41,860 nt of DNA from Methanomassiliicoccales archaeon (GTDB lineage Archaea > Thermoplasmatota > Thermoplasmata > Methanomassiliicoccales > UBA472), in the NCBI GenBank assembly GCA_050014375.1, contig JBEKDM010000001.1, forward strand, positions 1 to 41,860. Direction: 5' to 3'. Below, in pieces: positions 28,862-35,905 of this stretch. A program made the translations under genes and the position numbers. The notes under the pieces were generated by a model. It did no database searches and had not been told where the DNA came from. It saw nothing but the letters and a program-made list of their open reading frames with translations. How positions within the stretch are numbered: position 1 is the stretch's first letter; each line of letters starts with the position of its first letter.

Positions 28862-30040
28862 ATGAAGAACAGGGACGAAGTACTTGCCAAATTGAACCAG
28901 CATCAACTAGTAATCTGCGACACCACCCTAAGGGATGGAGAGCAGGCAGCTGGTATAGTCTTCGCCAACCTGGAAAAGATGCGCATAGCGAAACTTCTGG
29001 ATGAGATCGGGGTGCAGCAAATAGAGGCAGGCATACCGGCCATGGGAGGGGACGAGAAGACCGCGGTCAAGAACATCGCGCATCTCGGGCTTGAAGCTTC
29101 CATCCTGGGGTGGAACCGTGCAAACCCGGCAGACATCGCTCATTCGATCGATTGCGATGTGGACTCGGTCGCCATCTCGATGTCCTCCTCCGATATCCAC
29201 ATCGAGCACAAGCTCATGAAGACCCGCGAGTGGGTCATCGAGAAGTTGGTGGAATCGATCGAGTACGCCAAAGCGCATGGCCTGTACATTTCCGCCAACG
29301 CCGAGGATGCGTCCCGGGCGGACAAGGATTTTATAATCACATTCGCCAAAGCGGCCAAGGAGGCCGGGGCGGACCGTTTCCGATACTGCGACACGCTCGG
29401 CATACTCGAGCCGCGCCGCACGTACGACGAGATCAAGAGGATCATCGAGGAGGCCAAGATCGACGTGGAGATGCACACCCACAATGATTTTGGCATGGCC
29501 ACCGCCAACGCGTTGGCGGGCGTCCAGGCGGGGGCGAAGGTCGTTTCCACAACGGTGCTCGGCATCGGTGAACGCACAGGCAACACCCCGATGGAGGAGA
29601 TCGCCATGTGCGGCAAGCACATATTGAAACTGGACACTAACTTCGATACTTCCAGGTTCAGGGAGGTCTCGGAGTACGTGGCACGGGCGGCCGGACGGGA
29701 TATCCCGGCATGGAAGCCGATCGTCGGCGACAACTGCTTTGCGCACGAAGCGGGCATACACACCGACGGAGTCATCAAGTACTTCTCGAACTACGAGCCA
29801 TACACGCCCGAAGAGGTCGGACTTACAAGAAAGATCATCATAGGCAAGCACTCCGGGCGGCACACGTTGAAGCAGGTGCTCGCGAAGCGCGGGTACGAGA
29901 TCGACGATGATGTCGCCGGTATCCTACTGGAGCAGGTCAGGGCGAACTCCGTGGCGTTGAAGCGCAGCCTGACCGAGAACGAGCTTGTCTACATTTATCT
30001 GGATTACCGGAACGGAACGCAGGTCGAATATCCCGAGTGA
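28862..30040 (+). CDS. Short DRE-TIM 2-oxoacid/acetyl-CoA condensing enzyme, homocitrate synthase-like (AksA/NifV type; citramalate or isopropylmalate synthase not excluded)
   Basis: 392-aa ORF with CDTTLRDGEQAAGIVF, EAGIPAMG, HTHNDFGMATAN and the GERTGN catalytic core. It lacks the roughly 100-aa LeuA/CimA C-terminal regulatory domain. A purine-rich AGGAAGGGAAA precedes the ATG. Confidence 0.6.
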   Translation: MKNRDEVLAKLNQHQLVICDTTLRDGEQAAGIVFANLEKMRIAKLLDEIGVQQIEAGIPAMGGDEKTAVKNIAHLGLEASILGWNRANPADIAHSIDCDVDSVAISMSSSDIHIEHKLMKTREWVIEKLVESIEYAKAHGLYISANAEDASRADKDFIITFAKAAKEAGADRFRYCDTLGILEPRRTYDEIKRIIEEAKIDVEMHTHNDFGMATANALAGVQAGAKVVSTTVLGIGERTGNTPMEEIAMCGKHILKLDTNFDTSRFREVSEYVARAAGRDIPAWKPIVGDNCFAHEAGIHTDGVIKYFSNYEPYTPEEVGLTRKIIIGKHSGRHTLKQVLAKRGYEIDDDVAGILLEQVRANSVALKRSLTENELVYIYLDYRNGTQVEYPE

Positions 30041-30061
30041 AGATTCAAAGGAGCTGTTAAA

Positions 30062-31312
30062 ATGGGCACAATGTCTGAGGAGATACTTTCAGGGCACGTC
30101 GGCAAGAAGGTCAAGGCCGGCGACATCGTCGTCGCCCCGGTGGACTTCATGATGTCCCAGGATGGCACGACCGGGCTTACGATTAAAGCATTCAACGATA
30201 TGGGCGGCAAGAAGATCCTGGACCCGTCGCGGTACGCTATTGTCATAGACCATAACGCCCCGTCGCCGTTGGAAGGCGTTTCCAACATCCACAAGCAGAT
30301 GAGGGAGTTCGCCTCGAAATACGGCGCCAAGTTGTATGACGTCGGGGACGGAGTATGCCATGTCCTGGTCCCAGAATCGGGAAGGGCACTTCCGGGTACG
30401 ATCATCATCGGCGCGGATTCGCATACGTGCACCTATGGTGCACTGAATTCTTTCGCCACGGGCGTTGGTAGCACGGACATGGCCGCGGCATTGATCAGCG
30501 GCAAGATGTGGTTCAAGGTACCTGAAACGATCAAACTGATCTACAACGGAAGGTTGCAGAAGGGCGTCTACTCCAAGGATGTGGCCCTACATATGGTCGG
30601 TACGCTCACGGCCAACGGAGCCACGTACAAGGCGCTCGAGGTCTACGGTGATGTGATCGATTCGATGTCGGTCGAGGCCAGGATGACCATCTCCAACCTC
30701 GCGGTGGAGACCGGCGCCAAGGTCGGACTGATGCGCTGCGACAAGAAGACCGATGCTTACCTGAAGGGAAGGACCCAAGTCAAGTACGCGCCGACGCTGG
30801 CGACGGCCGATGCCAAGTATGAACGCGTTGTTGAGGAGGACCTCTCCGAAATGCCCCCGCAGATCGCCTGCCCGCCGGACGTGGACAACGTCGTGCCGAT
30901 CAACAAGGTGGAAGGGCTGAAGCTCGATCAGATATTCATCGGCACCTGCACCAATGGCCGGGGGGAGGACCTGGAGATCGCCGCCAAGATACTCGGTGGC
31001 AAACAGGTATCGAAGAGCCTGAGGCTGCTTGTGGCGCCCGCTTCCAGGGAGATCTTCCTAAACGCGCTGCATGATGGAACAGTGGAGAAGCTGGTCAAGG
31101 CCGGTGCGATCATGATGACCCCGTCCTGCGGACCCTGCGTCGGAACGTGCAACGGCATCCCGTCGGATGCGGAGAACGTCCTGTCCACCGCGAATCGCAA
31201 CTTCAAGGGCCGCATGGGCAACGTCAAGGCGGACATCTACCTGTCGTCGCCGGCGACCGCGGCATACTCGGCCATAAAGGGCTGCATCGCTGATCCGAGG
31301 GAGGTGCTATAA
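30062..31312 (+). CDS. Aconitase-family dehydratase large subunit (homoaconitase / 3-isopropylmalate dehydratase, archaeal HacA/LeuC type)
   Basis: 416-aa ORF with Fe-S ligand contexts GADSHTC, GTCTNGR and CGPCVG. AGGAG lies 8 nt upstream of the ATG. Confidence 0.85.
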   Translation: MGTMSEEILSGHVGKKVKAGDIVVAPVDFMMSQDGTTGLTIKAFNDMGGKKILDPSRYAIVIDHNAPSPLEGVSNIHKQMREFASKYGAKLYDVGDGVCHVLVPESGRALPGTIIIGADSHTCTYGALNSFATGVGSTDMAAALISGKMWFKVPETIKLIYNGRLQKGVYSKDVALHMVGTLTANGATYKALEVYGDVIDSMSVEARMTISNLAVETGAKVGLMRCDKKTDAYLKGRTQVKYAPTLATADAKYERVVEEDLSEMPPQIACPPDVDNVVPINKVEGLKLDQIFIGTCTNGRGEDLEIAAKILGGKQVSKSLRLLVAPASREIFLNALHDGTVEKLVKAGAIMMTPSCGPCVGTCNGIPSDAENVLSTANRNFKGRMGNVKADIYLSSPATAAYSAIKGCIADPREVL

Positions 31313-31815
31313 TGCAGGAATTCAAGGGGAAGGCACACGTTTTCGGCAAGAACATCAACACCGACTATATCATCGCCGGCAAGTACAAGTTCAAGAGCCT
31401 GGACATGAAGGACCTGTCCACGCATCTGATGGAGGACCTGCGCCCCGGGTTCTACAAGGAGATCGAGCAGGGGGACTTCATCGTGGCCGGGGAGAACTTC
31501 GGCATGGGCTCGAGCCGGGAACAGGCCCCGCTGGTCATACAGGCGGCCGGATGTTCAGCGGTCATCGCCAAATCGTTCGCCCGGATATTCTACCGCAACT
31601 GCATCAACGTCGGACTGCCTCTGATCGAGTGCGACACGTCGGGCATCGAAGAGGGCGACGAGCTGAAGGTGGACCTGGAGAACGGCATCGTTTTCAACCT
31701 GACCAAGGGCAAGGAGATCAAGGCCATCGCGTTGCCGAAGGTCATGGTCAAGATCCTGAACGACGGCGGACTGGCGGAGCATTTCAAGAAGTACGGCGGG
31801 TTCAATCTCGATTGA
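31312..31815 (+). CDS. Aconitase-family dehydratase small subunit (HacB/LeuD type)
   Basis: 167-aa ORF with GENFG.GSSREQAP and SFARIFYRN.INVGLP blocks. TAATG junction with the large subunit. The substrate-specificity loop reads YKFKS. Confidence 0.85.
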   Translation: MQEFKGKAHVFGKNINTDYIIAGKYKFKSLDMKDLSTHLMEDLRPGFYKEIEQGDFIVAGENFGMGSSREQAPLVIQAAGCSAVIAKSFARIFYRNCINVGLPLIECDTSGIEEGDELKVDLENGIVFNLTKGKEIKAIALPKVMVKILNDGGLAEHFKKYGGFNLD

Positions 31816-31847
31816 ACTCGGTCCGATTCAGCAAACACTCCAAACTC

Positions 31848-31885
31848 ATTATTTTCCTTTCTTACCATCTTCTTTGACAACAAGG
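31848..31885 (+). terminator. T-rich stretch after the small-subunit gene; candidate terminator
   Basis: attATTTTCCTTTCTTaccatcTTCTTT begins about 33 nt after the stop. The arrangement with the kinase gene is convergent. Confidence 0.3.
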
Positions 31886-31961
31886 GTGAAGGACAGGCTG
31901 AAATCGACCTCGGAAGATAATGGGTCCAAGGATATCCCGACGTCTTAATCATCAAAGTAGT

Positions 31962-33020
31962 TCAAATTCTACTGGATGTTTGAGTTCGCCCAATCGTGTT
32001 AATCTCAGGGGAAGATGTCATCAATGCTGAATTGCCAAGATATCTGAACATGTCCTTGGGGACACTTATCTCCAATCGAATTCCCTCCCCGGGAGTCCCG
32101 GTCTCCTTTATTTCTATGTCGGTGATCTCAAAGATGGACTTGATCAGGAACATACCGAGGCCAGTATTGTTTCCGAATCCTTTATTGAAGATAAGGTCCT
32201 TTTCGCCTTGTGGTATCCCGACACCGTTGTCCGTGTAAAATAGGATCAGTGCCGATTCATCGTGGACCGCCGAGAGCTTCACCTCAGTGACCTTTTGCCC
32301 ATAGCGGAGGGAGTTTTCAATCATGTTAAAGAAGGCCTTCACCAGCATCGGGTCCGATTTGATCTCCAGATCGGACACCGTGGATACCACCTCCACACCC
32401 TGAAGGTCAAGCATCGCGGCGGCTGTGGCGAACGACCGAGAAACATCCTGCCAAACAGGTCTCGTTTTTCCAGTGCGTTGATAGTCCCTGGTGAAATCCA
32501 TGTGCTTCCGGATGGAGTTGGCAGCCAATTCGATCCTATTAAGATACTTCTCCTTGGTCTCGGGCCGAGAATCGCGCCGCAGCAGTTCGACGTTCCCTCC
32601 CAATAAGGAAAGCTGGTTCATGGTGTCGTGCCAGGTGACGTTCTCGAGTATCTCCAGTCGGTGGTTCGCCTCTCCCAGCGCCCGTTCCATTTCCTTCTCT
32701 CGGGTAATATCCCGGTCCACACCACGATACCCGACGATCTGTTTCTGCCTGCCCATGACCGGGACTACGTTTGATTGAACGTACACGAGCGAGCCGTTCT
32801 TGTGAACTCGAACGTTTTCGAATTGTTGAAGCTTGCCCTTTGAGGTCAACTCCTCGGATGCCAAGGGTACTACCCTGGACCGTTCTTGTAGGGGTAGGAA
32901 TTCGAACACGCTCTTGCCTACTACCTCATTTGGCAAGTAACCAATGACGTTAAAGACCTGAGGGCTGCAATACGTGTACAAGCCCTTTGCGTCCATCTCC
33001 CACCTCCAGTCGCCTATCAC
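31962..33020 (-). CDS. PAS-domain sensor histidine kinase
   Basis: 352-aa ORF. It has a PAS fold (GDWRWEMDAKGLYTYCSPQV..GY.PNEVVGKS..), an H-box (WHDTMNQL), and an HATPase (NSLRYG, DNGVGIP, GFGNNTGLGMFL). GTG 33020 is the first canonical start, but the PAS N-cap (ESIEKFRALVE) continues in frame upstream. See findings. Confidence 0.8.
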   Translation of the reverse strand: MIGDWRWEMDAKGLYTYCSPQVFNVIGYLPNEVVGKSVFEFLPLQERSRVVPLASEELTSKGKLQQFENVRVHKNGSLVYVQSNVVPVMGRQKQIVGYRGVDRDITREKEMERALGEANHRLEILENVTWHDTMNQLSLLGGNVELLRRDSRPETKEKYLNRIELAANSIRKHMDFTRDYQRTGKTRPVWQDVSRSFATAAAMLDLQGVEVVSTVSDLEIKSDPMLVKAFFNMIENSLRYGQKVTEVKLSAVHDESALILFYTDNGVGIPQGEKDLIFNKGFGNNTGLGMFLIKSIFEITDIEIKETGTPGEGIRLEISVPKDMFRYLGNSALMTSSPEINTIGRTQTSSRI

Positions 33021-33055
33021 CTCGACGAGGGCACGGAACTTTTCAATGCTCTCGC

Positions 33056-33442
33056 CTAGTTGAGTCTCCAGGCATGCCGTTCCACAGCCTTTTGAACATG
33101 ATGGATGAGCTCTGCAAATTGAACCCTGGTGTCACCCCCTTTTTGCAGGTAGTGATCGGCCCCAGAGTTCAAGGCTTCGATCGCTAAATCCTCCCGGCCT
33201 CTGCCAGTGAACAGAATGAACGGTATGTTGTTATGCATCGACCTTAGTTGACTTAGCAGTTGGATCCCGTCAATATTAGGCATCTGGTAATCGGAAACGA
33301 GCGCGTCGTAATGTGACTTGTTGATCATTTCCAAAGCTTCAGCAGCGGAGCTTGCCACTTCAACCTCGACACCGTTCGTGCTCAGGAATTCTCTCGTGAT
33401 TTCCAGAAACATCGGGTCATCGTCTGCGTAAAGAATCCGCAT
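33056..33442 (-). CDS. CheY-like response regulator receiver domain protein (no output domain as annotated)
   Basis: 128-aa ORF with an ADDD acidic pocket, phospho-acceptor context ALVSDYQMP, FTGRG and YLQKG. TATA-like ATAATAATAG (33473-33482, minus strand) lies about 32-40 nt upstream of the ATG. Confidence 0.85.
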   Translation of the reverse strand: MRILYADDDPMFLEITREFLSTNGVEVEVASSAAEALEMINKSHYDALVSDYQMPNIDGIQLLSQLRSMHNNIPFILFTGRGREDLAIEALNSGADHYLQKGGDTRVQFAELIHHVQKAVERHAWRLN

Positions 33443-33703
33443 TGTTCCAATGAAATGAGAGGAATGAGGTAGCTATTATTATCTGGGTCATTACATCAGA
33501 TATGGAATGTACTCAGTTTATAAGTATAGACCGTTTCATACTTATTCTCTGGACATTATTTTTATTGTGATGGTATATACAGTATGCATATCGAGGATTC
33601 TCGGTATTTGCAGTACCCTCTTACATGGGCTTCTTCTGTATTGAGAACAAATGATGAATGGACCATCCCTTGAAGTGCCTCAGAAGAAGTAGCTCACGAG
33701 AAC

Positions 33704-33811
33704 ATGATCGAGAAGAAAGACGGATCCGCTATGTCGCTCGTCGTCCTTGCCATGTTGTTGGTCGCCGCAGTCATAATGTCGCTTCTGCTTGGAAGAAAAT
33801 CGGACGTGTAA
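33704..33811 (+). CDS. Possible 35-aa single-TM micro-protein
   Basis: ATG 33704 to TAA 33809-33811 translates to MIEKKDGSAMSLVVLAMLLVAAVIMSLLLGRKSDV. It has a hydrophobic core flanked by charges and sits in an otherwise AT-rich spacer. No SD or TATA was confidently seen. Confidence 0.2.
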   Translation: MIEKKDGSAMSLVVLAMLLVAAVIMSLLLGRKSDV

Positions 33812-33838
33812 GTCCCACCTGAATATTGGAAGATTAGT

Positions 33839-34321
33839 TTATTCCGAGATGGGGATCAATGCAGTAAAATCTTCCACTTTCTTCTGCCAGCCCTCTTCAA
33901 GGGGTCCTTTTATCCCGGTCACAAGGACCTTTGCCTCGGCAACCTTCTGCAGACCCTTGGGTTCCAACAGCTCATTCATGATCGGTATGATGCGCTGCCA
34001 CTTGGCCTGTTCTTCCTCGGTCGGCATCTGGCCGGTTTTCTTGTTCGGTCTCGGTGCTCCCTGGGTAGTCAAGATGGCGTACTTGGTCCCGGATGGCAGC
34101 TTGACCTTTCTCAGGAAGCGACGCATGCTCCCTATGGGCTTCCCAATTCTTCCAGGAGAACTGAAGACATAAAGGTCTGCTTCGGCAAGTTGTTTCGGTC
34201 GAACCTCCCGAATGTGGTGAACGTTCACCGTCACTCCCTTTGCCGCCATGAGCTTCTTGAACTCTTCCGCGACCATTACACCGTTCCCGTACTTTGATGC
34301 GTGAAAGTATTCGATCTTCAT
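33839..34321 (-). CDS. Flavodoxin-like fold protein
   Basis: About 160 aa from ATG 34321 (MKIEYFHASKYGNG...). The beta-alpha-beta pattern and the DLYVFSSP..G segment resemble short flavodoxin-domain proteins. The family call is weak. Confidence 0.5.
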   Translation of the reverse strand: MKIEYFHASKYGNGVMVAEEFKKLMAAKGVTVNVHHIREVRPKQLAEADLYVFSSPGRIGKPIGSMRRFLRKVKLPSGTKYAILTTQGAPRPNKKTGQMPTEEEQAKWQRIIPIMNELLEPKGLQKVAEAKVLVTGIKGPLEEGWQKKVEDFTALIPISE

Positions 34322-34372
34322 ATTGAATCCCATCAATATATCGTTCGGTTTAATATTAATTAGGATGTCCCT

Positions 34373-34825
34373 TCACGGTGTTCCGGTGAGGAGTTTCTCC
34401 GCGAATTCCTTGGCGGAGTACAAGTCCTTCTCGTTTGGCCTCTTCTTGTTTATTCCGCCTACGAGTTTGAAAATCCCATAGGTGTCCCAACCCTTGCATG
34501 CGAAATCGGCCACAACTTTGTATTCCTTCCCTTCCAGGATATTCCTCAGCTCGTCGTGATAACTTATCTTTCCATAACCGCTAGTTGAGAAGATGAAAGC
34601 TTTGGATTTGGACCGAGGCAGTTCTTTCGCAAGTCTCAAGAGGCGCGCATGGAACTTGCTCATGAAGATACCCGAACCCAAACCTATCAGATCATAGCCA
34701 GATACAGTGGCTGGATCTACATCCTTTGCCTCCAACAGATCGGCCCCAATGGCCTCGGCTATCGTTCTTGCTACCTTCTCCGTATTACCATGCTCGACGG
34801 ACACATAAGCAACCAGGCATTTCAT
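34373..34825 (-). CDS. Flavodoxin-domain protein
   Basis: About 150 aa from ATG 34825 (MKCLVAYVSVEHGNTEKVA...). The V.Y.S..GNTEK FMN-phosphate-loop-like N-terminus and the DLIGLGSGIF segment are typical of flavodoxin-family proteins. Confidence 0.6.
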   Translation of the reverse strand: MKCLVAYVSVEHGNTEKVARTIAEAIGADLLEAKDVDPATVSGYDLIGLGSGIFMSKFHARLLRLAKELPRSKSKAFIFSTSGYGKISYHDELRNILEGKEYKVVADFACKGWDTYGIFKLVGGINKKRPNEKDLYSAKEFAEKLLTGTP

Positions 34826-34863
34826 CGTATTAACCTCCAACTAAGATAGATCTGTTCTCCGCA

Positions 34864-35793
34864 CTATGTCAGCAAAGCCATATCCATATCGGTCACATTT
34901 TGGGGTATAGGATAGAAACCCTGCTGGATCACTACTGCCTGACCGGTCTCTTGATCGATGATCCATTTCATGTAGTCGAGCAAGGTACCGGTCGGCCTCT
35001 CTCCCAGGTAAAGATACAGGTATCTGGCCAATGGATAGTCGAACGACTCGACATTGGTCTGCGTGGGTTTGTATGAGGGGGATGTGGCGTTATTCTTCAA
35101 GGACAATATCTTAACATCCGGATAATTGTTCACAAACCCTACCCCGACATAGCCTATCGCCCCTTGATGGGACGGAGACAGAATGTCGGCGATCATTACG
35201 TCATAATTGTCGTATTCGGTCATGTTCGCCGTGTAGTTCTGGTTGTTCAGAACGTTCTGCTGGAAGAATGTATAGGTTCCCGAGGTGTTATTCCTACCGT
35301 ATACCAGGACCGGAGTATCTGGACCCCCCAGTTGCCTCCAATTGTTGATGCTTCCGTTGTAAACACCCTTCAGCTGTTCCAATGTTAATTCGGTGATGTT
35401 ATTGTTGTATAGGTAAGGATTGACCAGCATGGCAATGCCGTCCAGGGCCACCTTGATCTCGACTATTTTCATACCCTGAGCAGTGGCATTGGCCAATTCT
35501 GCCGAGCTCATCTTTCTCGATGCCTGGGCGATGTCCACCTTGTGATCGAGGAGCGCCGATATGCCGGGACCGCTTCCCCCCCGAGTGACGTTAATCTGCA
35601 CCAGGTTGTCCTTTGCCTCATAGTCAGCCGCCCATTTCAAGCAAAGTTCGTACATGGTCTCCGAGCCTGCCTGATCGATGAACGTCCTGGTCTTTTCGGC
35701 CTCACTGGTCTTGTTTAGGAGCAATATGCTTCCGAGGGCCGCCGCGGCCACGATCAAGGTAACGGCTATGGCCATAATTTTCTTTGAGATCAT
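34864..35793 (-). CDS. PstS-like (PBP type 2) substrate-binding protein with N-terminal membrane anchor; no ABC partners nearby
   Basis: 309-aa ORF with a signal-anchor (IMAIAVTLIVAAAALGSILLL), a GSGPGI..L....DIAQASR block, and NTSGTYTFF typical of phosphate-binding PBPs. It has many N-x-S/T sequons. The GGGAGA run lies 6 nt upstream of the ATG. Confidence 0.7.
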   Translation of the reverse strand: MISKKIMAIAVTLIVAAAALGSILLLNKTSEAEKTRTFIDQAGSETMYELCLKWAADYEAKDNLVQINVTRGGSGPGISALLDHKVDIAQASRKMSSAELANATAQGMKIVEIKVALDGIAMLVNPYLYNNNITELTLEQLKGVYNGSINNWRQLGGPDTPVLVYGRNNTSGTYTFFQQNVLNNQNYTANMTEYDNYDVMIADILSPSHQGAIGYVGVGFVNNYPDVKILSLKNNATSPSYKPTQTNVESFDYPLARYLYLYLGERPTGTLLDYMKWIIDQETGQAVVIQQGFYPIPQNVTDMDMALLT

Positions 35794-35905
35794 GAATCGG
35801 TCTCCCTGATCGATATTCTTATCATTCTTTCGTTGTCATAAATAGATGAAGTACAGAGTTCTCCGATATTACTTACTCTAATTAGATTGGAATGTTTTTT
35901 TTCAT

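Noticed and set aside
28532-28906. 124-aa minus-strand ORF spanning the pelota/synthase spacer
   Set aside because: It overlaps the coding ends of both neighbours, has no recognisable motifs and no plausible promoter. It is most likely a chance ORF in GC-rich non-coding DNA.
33056-33058. UAG read-through (for example pyrrolysine-type recoding) as a way to fuse the REC and kinase ORFs
   Set aside because: In the REC frame, read-through hits a TGA after 12 more codons (ARALKSSVPSSR). The kinase is in a different frame, so only a frameshift could join them, not stop-codon recoding.
33789-34172. 127-aa plus-strand ORF
   Set aside because: It is antisense to the flavodoxin-like gene, with no motifs and an atypical composition. 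The minus-strand reading gives a coherent alpha/beta protein.
34864-35793. PstS-like gene as part of a pstSCAB phosphate ABC transporter
   Set aside because: No permease or ATPase genes occur on either side within the window. The neighbours are a sensor kinase and flavodoxin-like genes, so I treat it as an orphan or sensory PBP.
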